Assembly: GCA_043228905.1 (NCBI GenBank)
Contig: JBHGNT010000001.1
Span: 22,754,001 to 22,818,000, forward strand
Source: Azolla caroliniana
Taxonomy: Eukaryota; Plantae; Polypodiophyta
Length of the DNA: 64,000 nt
Direction: 5' to 3'
Shown here: piece after piece, positions 11,260 to 24,800 of the stretch
How the letters are laid out: every line of letters starts with the position of its first letter
How positions within the stretch are numbered: position 1 is the first letter of the stretch
Program-made: the position numbers and the translations under genes
The notes under the pieces: generated by a model
Databases searched by the model: none
Told to the model about the DNA's origin: nothing
What the model saw: only the letters and a program-made list of their open reading frames with translations

Positions 11260-14200
11260 TGTTAGGAAACAGGTCCCTCCGGATGGGAAGTGAGAAGAAC
11301 AATGTTGATGAGCAACTGGCCTCGGCCGAAACTGGATGTGGAGTACCCGATAAGGAAGAACCGGTGAGAACCAGATGTGGAGTACCCGGCAACGGAAGAC
11401 CCAGTGAGAACTGGATGTGGAATACCCGGCAATAGAAGACCCGGTGAGAACCGGATGACGAGTACCCGGCAAGGAAGACCCGGTGAGAACCAGAGGTTGC
11501 AGGCCCGGTGAGAACCTCTCATTGCATGGAAGGGACATATATGTAAATATGTTCCAGAGAGCCCACTAGGGCTATATTTGTAAATAGCCCGAGAGTCATA
11601 TTAGTATAAATATGACCTAGGGCAAACTTAATAGTGAGGATGATAGAGTTATTGGTGTAACCTTTGTACAGTCCGTAAGAGAGAGAGAGAGAGCGATATA
11701 CAGAGATTGTGTCTCTGTTGTAACCGCCACTAGGCGAAGATTGTGAGCAAGAGGTTGTTGCCTCTATGCTCCCCGTTGTATTACTTTACAGAGTGATAGT
11801 TTGGAGTTTGTGGACTCCTGTGGTTTTTCCCTCTCAAGGTTTTCCACGTTAATATCCTGTGTATTCTCTTTCTGTTTTGTGTACTTACCTCCATTCCCAT
11901 TTCTTCTGTGTTTTGATTGTCACCAAGTAATCTACGCTTCGGTTGTGGCCAGAGATTAATCCGCGTATTTCATGTTAAACTAGTATCAGAGCGAAACAAC
12001 ACAGAAAAATGGACGATTCGTTGGGAGGCATGTTCAAGCTCACCTGCTCCAACTATTCAGTGTGGAAGTCAGAGATGAGGGACATGCTTGTGGTTAAAGA
12101 TCTTTGGTTGCTGGTTCAGTTCGGGGACAAGAGACCAAACAAAATCGATGCCACGATATGGGAGGTGATGCACATGAAGACAACGGCGTACATATGGTTC
12201 TTCATCGACATGAGTCTATACAACAACTTCATTGAAGAGAGCAAGGCTCATGAGCTCTGGGAGAAAATCGGCATTATGTTTTAGAACAAAAATGTTGTTA
12301 ATCAGGTTTCGGTATTTCAGAAGCTAGTAAGATTCCTGTATCAAGATGGCTCTAACATGGCGGAGCACATGAATGCCTTCCAGGGGCTGATACACTAGGC
12401 AACATCATTAGAAGTACCTCTCGCCGATAAGGTACTAGCACTACTCCTGCTCGGCTCCCTCCCAGATAGTTGGGAGACGTTGGTCGTCACTTTGGGCAAC
12501 GCCGGGCCGAAAGGGAAACGGTTATCCCTAGCAAGAGTAAAGTCGAGCTTGCTAGATGAGGAGGCGCGTCAGAGAGATAAGGATACGAGCTCCGACTCCA
12601 AAGCGCTCCATACCGAATCGGAACGCGGAAGGCAAAGGAACTGTAGTCCCAGAACCGGGAAAAGTCGGGGACACGGTCAAAGTCAAGGAGGAGGCCTACT
12701 TGCTTCTATTGCGGCAAGCCGGGACACTTCTAGAAGAACTCTCGGCACTTCCGAAAAGACAAGGAAACCGACGGTACCAATTCGAAGCGGACACTAGACC
12801 GAAACGGTAAAGACCGGATGGGGCCAGACCGGAAGGGAACGACGGCAATCGCGGCAAGTGAAGAAGAGTTGATGCTCATCACCAAGGAGAGTGAGCTAAA
12901 CCTTGCCGGCGACGAGATGACCTGGGTGGTCGACTCCGGAGCGTCGTTCCACCTTACCTTGGACCAGATATGCTTCTCATCCTACTCAGCCGGTGATCAC
13001 GGCTGTGTCCAGATGGGGAATGAAGGTACATGCCGAATTGTCGCCATAGGAGACGTGTGGTTGACAACACCAACCGGATGCAAGCTATTGTTGAAGGATG
13101 TCCGACACGTTCCGGAGGTTCGTCTGAACCTGATATCAGCTAGTCGGCTAGATGATGAAGGCTACACGGGTAGCATCCGGAACAGTGTTATGAAGTTCAA
13201 CAAAGTGAGCCTGATTGTGGCTCGGGCCCGGAAGGTCAACACGTTGTACCTAATGAATGCCCAATTATGCCCGGAAGAAGTGACCGTGGCTTCCGACACT
13301 GCCGGTGAGCTGTGGCACAAGAGACTGTGTCACATGAGCGAGAAGGGGATGAAGAGGCTTGCAGACGACAACCTCATTCCAGTGAAGAACGTGCCCTTGG
13401 AGAAGTGCACTTATTGTCTGGCCGGTAAACAAAACCGGACCTCCTTCCGATCGAGGCCACCGATGAGACGTAATGCACCACTGGAGTTGGTGCATACTGA
13501 TGTGTGTCAAGTGGACTTGAAGTCACATGCCGAATCGATGTACTTCGTGACGTTCATAGATGACCATAGCCAGAAACCTGTGGGCCACTCCGTTGAAGAC
13601 GAAGGATCACGTGCTATCCGTCTTCAAAGAGCTCCACGTGAGAGTGGAAAGAGACACTGGCTAGAAGCTTAAGGCGATTCGAGCAGATAACGGAGGTGAA
13701 TACCGGGGGCAGTTCGAGGAGTATTGTCGCTCGAAGGGAATCCGGCTCGAATTTACCGTGCCGAAGACGCCGAAACTAAGCGGGCTGGCCTAGAGGATGA
13801 ACCAGAACATAATGGAGAGGGTCCGGAGTATGCTGGAGCATGCAAAATTACCCAAGACGTTTTGGGCTGAGGCGCTGTCGACAGCAACATATGTGATAAA
13901 CAGATCACCCTCAGTGCCCTTGGATGGAGACACACCGCAGAACGTGTGGACCGGTAAGGAAATGCCCTACCGGCATCTGAAGGATTTTTGGGTGTCTCGC
14001 ATACATGCATGTTTCTAAGGACCGGAGAGGAAAGTTGGATCCAAAGACTCGGCCATGCATATTCCTTGGATATGGCAATGATGAGTTCGGCTACCGAGTG
14101 TGGGATCCGGTTGACAAGAAGGCTTTCCGTAGCCAAGATATTATCTTCATGGAGGACAAGAATCTTGCCGATTGGGAGTCAAACAAGAAAATGATGAACT

Positions 14201-16504
14201 CCGATGAGATTCGGACACACCCGGCTAAGAGCCAGTTGACACTCGAGGAACCAGCCGGTTACGGTGAGGATACTGAACCGGCAAAAGAAGAAGTAGAGGA
14301 AGCTGAAATCGGAACCGGCCAAGACCCCGAATCGAATTCAGATGAAGAACAAATAGTGGAGCCGGTTGCCGAAGGCAGAAGACGGAGATATCCTCTCAGA
14401 GAGAGAAGGGCCCCCCAGAGATTTCCGGGTTCTACCAGAAGAAGGGCGTGGATGAGATATTTGCCCCAGTAGTAAAGCTGACATCCATCCGGACTGTGTT
14501 GAGTATAGCGGCAAGCATGGACCTCGAGGTAGAGTAGCTGGACGTGAAGACGACATTCCTTCACGGTGACGTCAAAGAGGAGATCTACATGCAGCAACCG
14601 GAAGGATTCGTGGAGAAAGGGAAGGAGCACCTGGTTTGCCGGTTAAAGAAGAGTCTGTACGGACTGAAGCAGGCTCCCCGACAATGGTACCGGAAGTTCG
14701 ACTCCTTCATGACCGACCAAGGGTATCACAAAACGCAAACCGATCATTGCGTGTTTGTAAATCAGTTCGAAGGAGGCGACTTCCTGATACTCCTTCTGTA
14801 CGTGGACGACATGTTGATCGTCGGACGAGACAAAGCCAAACTACGGATGTTGAAGAAGGCTCTCAACTGAACTTTCTCAATGAAAGACTTGGGCCCGGCA
14901 AGACAGATACTGGGGATGCACATCATCCGGGGCTGGTCAAAGAAGCAATTGTGGTTGTCACAGGAGAAATACGTGACAAAGGTGCTTCAACAGTTCAACA
15001 TGTTAGAAGCAAAACCGGTCGGATCGACACTCCCGGCAAACTGCACACTATCCGGTAAGCAAAGCGAAAAGAGAAAAGCAGAGAAGGCGGATATGGTGAA
15101 GGTTCCATATGCCTCTGCCGTCGGGAGCTTGATGTACGCAATGGTGTGTACTCGGCCAGGTATTAGATACGCAGTCGGAGTGGTGAGCCGGTTTATGAGC
15201 AATCCCGACAAGGAGCACTAGAATGCGGTCAAATGGATACTCCGGTACTTGAAGGGAACTTCAAATATGTGTCTCTGATTCGGCTCCGGTAAACCTCAAG
15301 TTGACGGTTTTACCGATTCAGACGTGTCGGCTGATGTGGATACCAGCGGGTCTACATCCGGGTATGTAATGACATATGCAGGGGGAGCTGTTTTGTGGTA
15401 GTCGAGGCTACAGAAGACGGTTGCGTTGTCAACCATGGAGGCGGAGTACATGGTGGTTGTGGAAGCCGGCAAGGAATTATTATGGATGAAGGACTTCATC
15501 GGTGAGCTCGGTATCCGGCAAGATGAATACCGGCTCTATTGCGATAGTAAAAGTGCTATCCACCTTGCTAAGAACACAGCGTACCATTCCAGGACGAAGC
15601 ATATCCAGCGTAGGTATCAGTGGATTCGGGAGCGAGTAGAAGATTGAGATTTTGCATTGACAAAGATCCACACGGCCAAGAACAGGTCAGATATGCTTAC
15701 CAAAGTACTGATACCCGACAAGCTGGATGCATGTCGGAATCGGATCAGACTAATAAGACATCCCATGCCAGAGTGAAGGGGGAGTTTATTAGGAAACAGG
15801 TCCCTCTGGATGGGAAGTGAGAAGAACAGTTTTGATGAGCAACTGGCCTCGGCCGAAACCGGATGTGGAGTAGCCGGCGAGGAAGACCTAGTGAGAACCG
15901 GATATGGAATACCTGGCAACGAAAGACCCGGTGAGAACCGGATGTGGATTACTCGACAACAGAAGACTCGGTGAGAACTAGATGACGAGTACTCGGCAAG
16001 GAAGACCCGGTGAGAACCGGAGGTTGCAGCCCCGGTGAGAAGCTCTTATCGGATGGAAGGGACATATATGTAAATATGTTCCAGAGAGCCCATTGGGGCT
16101 ATATTTGTAAATAGCCCGAGAGTCATATTAGTATAAATATGACCTTGGGCAAACTTAATAGTGAGGATGATAGAGTTATTGGTGTAACCTTTGTACAGTG
16201 CGTAAGAGAGAGAGAGAGAGCGATATACAAAGATTGTGTCTCTGTTGTAACCGCCGCTAGGCGAAGATTGTGAGAAAGAGGTCATTGCCTTTGTGCTCCC
16301 TGTTGTATTACTTTACATAGTGATAGTTTGGAGTCTGTGGACTCCCGTGGTTTTTCCCTCTCAGGGTTTTCCACATTAATATCCTGTGTATTCTCTTTCT
16401 GTTTTGTGTACTTACCTCCATTCCCATTTCGTCTGTGTTTTGATTGTCATCAAGTGATCTACGCTTCGGTTGTGGCCAGAGATTAATCCTCGTATTTCAC
16501 GTCA
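11260..16504 (+). mobile_element. Copia A5, degenerate, both LTRs present, N-terminal RT deleted
   Basis: LTRs 11260-11977 and 15787-16504; TSD GTTTG/GTTTC; PBS tagtatcagagc 11981-11992; gag from 12009; WVVDSGASFH protease; INT; deletion at ~14428; RT-RH to ~15776. Confidence 0.93.
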
Positions 16505-17800
16505 GTTTCCTTCTTTTTTTCTCTTGGTTCTTGTTTTCTTCTTCTTCAACGTCTCTTCCTCTGTGTTTTCTATTTCTTCTTCCCTTTCTCTCTTTCTTTC
16601 CTTCATTTCCATTTTCTATTTCTTCTTCCTTCTCTCATCACCGCTATGTCCATTGTCCATGGCTGTCACGCTTTGTTGTTGTGTGTTGTTGTGTGTCATT
16701 GTGTCTAGACGGCCTTCTCTATTCATCTCCGTCTCTGTCTTTGTTTTCGTTTCGGTTTCCGTCTCTGGCTCCGTCGCCATCACTGTCATCCTCGTCATCA
16801 CCATCACCATCCGTCATCATTGTCTGTCTGTCATTGTCGTCTGTCGGTTCGTCCTCGTTCAGCGTTGTCTGTCTATGTCTTTGACTCCGTCCGGTCCGTC
16901 TATCCGAACTGACCGTTATTGTCTTTCCGGCGCTCCAGCCACTGTTCGGTTGTCCGGCCCGTCGTTTCAACATCATCGCCGTTCCGGCCGTCGGCTGTCC
17001 GGCCATTCCTATTGCATTTCAGCGTGGTGTCGCCGTTCTGGTCGTTGTCCAGCCACACCGGTTGTATGTCCGGTCGCTGATTTTTGTTGTCGCCGGTTGT
17101 CCGTGTCTAACCCTATCTCCCGGTCCTCCGTTCATTTGTTTGGCCCGTCCGGTCCGGCTATCTTCGTCGCTAATTTTTCACCGTCGCCGCTGATTATTTG
17201 CCGCCACTCCGGTCGTTGTTCAGCTACTGTCCCAGCCATTTGTCCGTTGTCTTCCGGTCGTGCATTCGGTCCAACCTCCCAGCCGCCTGTCTGCTTCCCT
17301 GGCCTTGTCCGACCCTCCGGCTGCTCCGGCTGCTACAGCCACTTTCCGGCTATTCCGACTAGTTTCCGTCCCTTTTGACCGTTCTTTCTACCGCTCTTCG
17401 ACTGATATTTGGCCACTATTCTTGTTGTTATTTAGCCCCTCTCCACCCGGAACTCTCCTGCTGCAGCCGCTGCTTCGTCGGGTTTTGTGGTCGTCTCCGT
17501 CGCCCGGCTGTCGTCAAGCGTCATCGTCTGGCTGTTGAACCAGCATTTGTCCGGCCGTCGGCTGTTGTTTAGCCACTATCCGGCTACTCCAACCGCTCCG
17601 ACTGTTGTTCGGCTGCTCTTCAGCCATTGTCCGGCCATTCCGACTGTTGGTTCGTTTTTCTGGCCATTGGTCATTCTTTCCACCGCCTTTTCTCCTTGTC
17701 ACCATCATCTCTGACGGACCCTTCGTTTTTCCGTCTTGTTGTTTGGTCCTCCTTGTTCTTCTTTGGTGTTGTCCTGTCTCCTTCGATTTGTTGTTGAAGA
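16505..17800. repeat. Pyrimidine-rich, low-complexity interior of the inverted-repeat element
   Basis: Strong C/T skew with degenerate ccgtc/ccggc motifs; its ORFs (e.g. 16470..17378) are compositionally biased. Confidence 0.7.
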
Positions 17801-18399
17801 TTTTAGCAATGGTGACCCTAATGATTATGATTACAATGAAGAATGATGACCCTAATGATGATGATTACAACGAAAAATGACCGCACATTCTAATTCCTTC
17901 ATATTGGTTTATGAACAAACGATGCTTATTATGAGTGCCACCATGATATGAATCATGCTCACATGCGTTATCACGGTTAATGTAGGTGTTAGTATCAGGG
18001 TTAGTATAAGGGCCAGAGGCACGCACTTAGGGTTAGTACACAAAGAGTTTGGGCTAAACTTATAAGGCCCATGGGTGTAGGAGAAACTAGGGCTAGGGTA
18101 TCTAGTGCAAGGAATGGTAGAGGAGTTAGGATTAGGAAAACAAGAACAAAAAATGGGGTTAGGGTTACAGGAGTAGTGATTATCCAAAGACCAAAAATGA
18201 TGAGAATGATGATGATAATGCTCAGAGACATCATCAATCTACTATTTTCATCATTTCTCGCACATTTCTTGTACATTGTTGGTTTGATTTCTTGCTCTCT
18301 CGCACATACTTCTATTGCATATCATTCTGTGAGTTCCTCTCGCACATCATACTGCCACGGATCATTCGTCGATTCCATCTCCAAAGGGGGGTCGCCTTA

Positions 18400-18409
18400 G
18401 TGGTCGCCA
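18400..18409 (-). promoter_or_regulatory. Putative PBS, tRNA-Arg(UCG)-like
   Basis: TGGCGACCAC lies 5 nt after the CA end and is complementary to the plant tRNA-Arg 3' end ...GTGGTCGCCA (tRNA sequence recalled; only a 10-nt match). Confidence 0.55.
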
Positions 18410-18414
18410 AAAGG

Positions 18415-18619
18415 TGTTGTACGTTTTAGGGTTAGGGTTAACATTTATGATAATCATGATGATTGATTATAAAGATAGACATGGTGGGTGTGATGACGAT
18501 GGAGAGTATGATGGTGAGAGAGATCATGAAGATGTTGACAAGCATTGAGAAGCATTGTGGGGTGGGGGGTGGTGCCTAGAATGGCTCCACCCCCCTCCCA
18601 AGGGGGTTCAACGTTAAGG

Positions 18620-18659
<40 letters not shown>

Positions 18660-18895
18660 CAGAGAGAGAGAAATGGTTATTGTTGTCATTCATTCCCCAT
18701 AGGGTTAAATAGGTACAAAGGGGTAGATCCACAAGGGTGCAAGCCCCTTGGGCATTCACACCTAGTCACTCACTCACACCTCTTTGTATCCACCACACTC
18801 ACACTTGCATTCACACTCATAATCATATAAGATTACACATACATTACATCGTTCACCCTCACTTATCAATCACACGTATGTCTCGTACGGTAACA
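18415..18895 (-). repeat. Right arm; resembles a complete 5' LTR (TG...CA) followed by a PBS
   Basis: Minus strand reads tgttaccg...aaacgtacaaca, then ccttt, then tggcgaccac. Confidence 0.75.
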
Positions 18896-21800
18896 GTCTT
18901 CTTCATCGAGTTAGCTTCGTGTTTCAACACCAAGATTGGCCCTTTACCAGCTTTTCTAGTTTTGAATCCTCCGTATCCTTCTGCATAGTGCGAGTATTGT
19001 TGGTTCTCTCTGTCGGCTTTGCTAGATCCGGATCTGTCTGAATCGGCACGCTTCTTCCAACACTCGCTTTCTCTGTGGCCCTTTTTACCACAGTACCAGC
19101 ATTCCGTGTCGGCCTTTGCTTGCTGGTCTCCGGCGCCGCCTTGACTCCCCTTGCTTGTGGAAGGTCCGGAATTGTTGTCAGCACGTTCTCTGTGCCTTCA
19201 TTCCTGTTCTTGCCGTCCACTACCATTGCGAGCCAACCCACCTAATCCACCACACCCACAGGGCTGATCCGCCTCCGTGTACAACATCTGGTTGTTGGTG
19301 GGTGCTATTGTTGACGCACCAACGTGGTTCTCCTCCACAAGGAGCATCGATTGTAAGTCGAAAAATGATGGCGTATTCTCCCTTGTATACACAGCAGTTC
19401 GGAACGCCCCATACTTTGATGTCAAACCTCCGAGACAGATTTGCACTATATTAGCTTCTTCGATATTCCCATCGATGGAGGCCAGAGAGTCGCAAATGTC
19501 CTTGATTTTGGAGGTGTAGTCTACCACCGACAAGTCGCATTGTCGTAGGTTGCTCAACTCCTGTCGGAGTTGAAGCTTCCTGGCTGTAGTGCTTGCGGTG
19601 AAAATCTTCTTCAGATTTCCCCAAGCATCTTTCGGCATTTTTGCATCCCGAATGTAGCTTTAGAGTTGTTCGCCCACACAAGACGCGAAGCAATACAATA
19701 CTTTGGTCGCCGACTGTTCCCACACCGGGAAATCTCTGTGTGTCGATTCAGGTGCTATGTCATTTGCTCTGTCGACATAGCTCCAGTAACCGTGCCCGAG
19801 CAGGTACTGGTGCATCTTGTAGGACCAAGACGCATAGTTGTTTCTGTCGAGCTTCTCGGTAGGAAGCGAGCTAGCCATGCCTCTATCCATTTGTTTTTCC
19901 TGTTCTTCTTGGTTGGTTTTCTATTCAAGCTATGTCGGCTGCAGAGGTTCTCAACCCTCTTGCTCTGATACCATGTGAAGAATAGCGTGCGGAAGCAATA
20001 GAAAACCGAACACAGAAAATACACAGGTTTAATGGAGAGCTTGAATATACATAGTACGCGGGAGAGACAGAGAGAGAATGCACACAAACTCAATTCAAAA
20101 ATAATACTCAGTCTGTACATCGTATGTGTTTAGTGAACACTTTTATACAAGTCCATATGGACTGACAGAAGTACAATGTACTTCAATGCTCACACAAGCG
20201 TCTGACACTAACTATGAGACATTAGCTTCCTAGTAGTCTAGGCTACTAGTAGGCTTCCGATTACTGATGGATCCGGCTAACCGGCTCTCAAGCTCACCGG
20301 CTCACCGATTTGGCTCATCCTTCCGGATGCCAATCCGGCTCAGGCTTATTCAGTCGATCCGGATCCGGTTGAGCTTGCCACTCAACACTCTTAGTTCATC
20401 CTCGATAGTCGACCCTTGAGCCGAAATTTGGGAGCTTAGACTTTCATACTCATTAAGGTGTGCCTAGACCGAATCAGATTCTTTCATCCGAAGGTTATAA
20501 AGGCGTCGTATCAAATATATCTTTGTGGCGAAGACCTTCTTTTCGTAAATGTCTAAAAGTGTCTTCCATAGTTGAAAGGAAGTCAAACACGATTGCACCG
20601 TAAAGTACACGGACTCCGATAGGTGCATCCAAATAGTGGCTCGGACAATTCTCTCAAGCTTCTCCCATTCAAGCAACTTGTATCCTTCTGGAGCATTTTC
20701 GTTTTCAATGGGGTCGATTTGCCCTTTACTATTAAATATTCTTGCATCTGCTCCTTCCAGAAGTTGAAGTTCAATTAATGAAACTTCCTTAGACTCATCT
20801 CTAACGAGCCGGATGTTGATGCCATCTGCGTCGATTTTGAAAGGGGCTTTGTTCGAGGTTGGCTATGAACGGTGGTTGGGTACAGCGGACAGGCTCACCC
20901 GAATTTGTTGTAGTCAAGTTTGAACACAAGACGGATCTTATTCGAAATTCCGGAGACTCAATCTGAAGTGACCCCAGCTGACTAGCCTAGTCGAGTTGGA
21001 CCCGAGTATGTCGATTTATTTATTTTTTGAGATTTCCGAACACAGACTATGTGCCGATTATCCAGGCCGATCTTGATTTAGGTGACTACGACAACAATAA
21101 GAATAGATTCAACTAATCTTTCTGAATTTTGTCTAGCCGAATGAAGCACAGAAGGGGGTTGTTCCTGGAGCCCAGACAACTACGAGTGACTACGACAAGC
21201 GAGTGACTAACGTCTGGTGACCTATTTGATTGTTGTCTAATCCAATGTAATTCTATTGAGATAGAGCTTGTGAAGCGAAATCTCACTCTGAGTGGCTACA
21301 ATCACAGGAGTGAAGTGCAACCGATTGGCTCACTTCAATGGTGATTTAGAATAGTGGAGTGCAGATTTTGCCAGCGTTTCTCTTCGCGAAAACAATCTTG
21401 TAGAGAGTTGCTAAAAAAGAATGCATGTGGAAGCTTGACAAACACAACCAAGTAACAACAGACAAAAGACAAAGAGGATGAGGAATGTTTAATAGAGAGC
21501 TTAATCAACACAACGTACGTAGGAGAGACAGAGAGAGTGGAACACAAAAAACTCTATTCCAAAACAATACTCTAAAATCTGAACATAGGATGTGCTCACG
21601 GAGCACTTTTATACAAGTTCATACGGACTGACAGAAGTACTGACACATACTTCTATGCTTATCAATGAGCCCCTCACTAACTCCCAAAATATACTCCTCC
21701 ATAGAATATCTATCCAACGGCCTCCCGATTTACGCACCGCTACGGCCTCTTGTTGCGCACCCGGTTTACGCACCCAGTCTACACATTGGTTTACACACCC

Positions 21801-24800
21801 AATGTTGAGCTTGTATCTAAACACTCCCCCTCAAGCTCAACTCGAGGTTCCGCCTACTCTTCCGGATCTTCATTTCGGCTTCTCTTGGCTTCACGCCTCG
21901 CTCACACTCCTCAACCCGTTCGATTTGGCGTGCCTCGACCCTTTTAGTCGGCTTATCTGCTCGTGCGGCCTTTCTCAACTCCCTTGTTGTCGCGGTGTTG
22001 GCGCCCCTTCCGCTGCCCTTTCCTCGGCTTGGCCTTCAGTTGATTCGGTATCTCTGAATCGAACATTCAAACTGAATTGGCTATCTCTAATTCGTTTCCA
22101 CTCTTGCCTGAATTGGTTGTCTCCAATTCGTCTTCTATCTTCAGGCCCTTAACCACATCAAACCATGTCTTGGTCTTGGCCTTCTCGCCCTTCGTGGCTT
22201 CAACCCCCCTTGTTCGGTTGACTCCGTCACTTCCCTTTAGTTGCTACCCTTGTTTCCCCCTTCGGCTTTTCAGCCGAGCCGAAATCGAATTCTTCATCCG
22301 ACTCAGCTTTGCAGTCACTTTCGCTCCTTTCCTTCTCCCTTTCCTAGTCTTTTCTCCCCTTCAAGGTTGGCACGTCGAGGTGCCACAAACCAAGCACACC
22401 CAAGAATTTGCCGCAACTTGTCGAGACCAAGGGGCTTGGTGAAAATGTCAGTAGTCTACCGATCCGTCGGAACATATGCTAGTTCGACTTCATTGGAGAT
22501 GACACGCTCGTGGACAAAATGGTAGTGCACCTCGATGTACTTGGTCCGGGCGTGCAAGTCGGGGTTCTTCACAAGTTAGATGTTGTTGAGGTTGTCGCAA
22601 TAGATCGTCGTCAAAGCGGACACCTCCACCTGCAGATCCTTGAGTAGCCTCTTGAACCAAATGGCTTCGCATGTCGCGACAACCACTCCTCAATACTTAG
22701 CCTCCGTGCTCGACAGTGCAACGGTCAGCTGCTTCTTGCTACTCCAAGCGATCACGATGCTTCCAAGCAAGAAAGCGAACCCAGATGTGGATCTACAATC
22801 GTTGGCGTTTCTGGCCCAATCCGAATCTGAGTAGTCAACGAGCTGTGCCGCAGACATAGCGCAATATCCTTTGCGCACACTGAAGGTGTTCGACCGGGGC
22901 TGCCACATAAATTGACTGACTAGTCTGACCGGGTAATTGAGATCCAGCTGACTAATTGTCAAATAAATTAGGCTTCCGACAATCTATTGAAACTGTGTCG
23001 GATCGCACGCCTTTCTTGAATCTCAACGAAGCTTGACGTTTCTATGCAGAGGAGTTGAGATGGACTTACAGTAGGCCAACCTGAACTTGAAGAGAATACT
23101 CATCACGTAATGTCGTTGGCTGATCAGTATGCCTTCGGGGGTGTGGATCACCTCGATCCCTAGGAGGTAATGAAGGTCCCCTAAATCCTTCATGTCGAAT
23201 GATGCCACAAGCTAGGACTTTATACGGCCGATTTCTTCTGAGTCGGCATCGGCGATGACTAAATCATCAACATAAAGTAAAATACTAACCGGTCCACGTC
23301 GACCTTGCCAGACGAACAATGAAGAGTCTGATTTGGACGTCGCAAACCCCATCCGATGTAAGTGTTGCGTGATCTTCGCGTTCCATGCGCGCGGGGCTTG
23401 TTTTAGTCTATAGAGGGACTTCTTCAGTCGGCATACCGCCGATGATGTTCTTCCTGAACTGAAATCCAGGGGGTTGTACCATGTACACCTGTTCCTCAAG
23501 TTCTCCTTGTAGGAACGCATTCTTTACATCCATCTGATGTAAATGCCACCCCTTTACCGCAGCTACCGCAAGCAGGACAAGGACGGTTGTCATCTTCGCG
23601 ACCGGCGCATAGGTCTCATCATAGTCAATGTCGTGACGTTGTGCGTATCCCTTCGCCACTAACCGAGCCTTGTAGTGGTTGACAGAGCAATCGCTGTTGT
23701 ACTTGACCTTGTACACCCACCTGCATCCAATCAGCTTTACACCCTTCGGGGCGTCAACCAGGTCCCCAGGTTGCATTTTCCGCTGATGCGTGCATCTCTT
23801 CCTCCATTGCGGCACGCCAATTTGCGCCCTTCACCGCATCTGCGTAGCTCTCCAGCTCACGCACTTCCTCCACTCACATCATGTATGCGTAATGATGCAC
23901 CATGTACTTGTATCCGAACCGCACCACGAGGTTGTTTTGGAAAGTAGATCGGCGTAATTGCTCATTAGCCGATTTTGAGGCCCTCTTGGCTGAGTGGACT
24001 TCATTGCCGAAGGTCCATCTTCATTCTTCTCGGGGTCGGATTCGCTTCAATTTGACTCGTCTTGATTAGTGACGTATTCTAGCATCTTCTTCTTTCCCTT
24101 TTCTTCACGCGTAAACTGTCTCCTCATCTTCCTGCGCGGGGATTGCACGGCCAAGTCTCCACTACTCCCCGGCTCTGTGTCTAACTGGTCGTGCCAACTC
24201 AGTCGCTCATTCCGCCCACTTAGCATGAATGAGATCAGACTCTCTTCAGGAGCTTTGATGTCTCCTTCGTCCCGAGGTATTTCAGCCTCGATGACCTCTT
24301 CGTCAGATATCGGAATGAAATCGTCAGGGGTTGGAGGAAAAGGCAAGTACCATGACGCAGACTCATTGAACACAACATCATGACTTACGCGAACTTGTTT
24401 GGTTCGGGGGTTATAACACTTATAAACCTTCTGTTCATCCAAGTAGCCAACCAAGATACACTTCTCGGCTTTGGCGTCCTGCTTCCATTATTTCTCCTTC
24501 GGCACATGCACATGCATGATGCTACCAAAAACCCTAAAGTATGCCAAGTTTGGCTTCTTCGTGAAGTACAACTCATGTGCCGACACTCCTCCATTGGCAA
24601 ATGCCTGATTCTAGAGGTAGATGGCTATTCTAATTGCTTTGGCCTAATAGAACTTCGGCAAATGCTTCTCTTCAAGCATTGCCCTTGCCACCTCCTCTAT
24701 CGTCTGATTCTTCCTCTCGGCCACGCCGTTCTGTTGCGGCATGTATCTAAACGAGAATTCGCGTTGAATTCCCTCCTTCTGTAGATAACTCGAAACTCGA

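Larger units (their letters stand above)
10453..18895 (-). mobile_element. Non-coding element with ~450-bp inverted LTR-like termini and a 5-bp TSD
   Basis: Left end tcttaccgtacgag; right end ctcgtacggtaaca (reverse complement tgttaccgtacgag). GTCTT duplicated at 10448-10452 and 18896-18900. Host B1 frame rejoins (EANSMKKT|TSKLQEV). About 3.2 kb once the nested A5 is removed. Confidence 0.88.
4500..20387 (-). mobile_element. Copia B1, degenerate, 3' end lost; interrupted by A1 and the inverted-repeat element
   Basis: 5' LTR 19974-20387; Met PBS tggtatcagagc 19962-19973; gag 19890-18896 (MASSLPTEKLDRNNYASW); protease piece 10257-10447; GAG-pre/INT/RT 7063-4500 (LYVDD). It abuts C gag at ~4500 with no LTR. 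Confidence 0.9.

Noticed and set aside
16470-17378. 302-aa ORF as a novel gene
   Set aside because: Low-complexity pyrimidine-rich DNA that lacks stop codons by composition; no domain motifs.
10453-18895. MULE, CACTA, hAT or DIRS classification of the inverted-repeat element
   Set aside because: The TSD is 5 bp rather than 9, 3, 8 or absent; the termini are TG/CA; no transposase or tyrosine recombinase is present.
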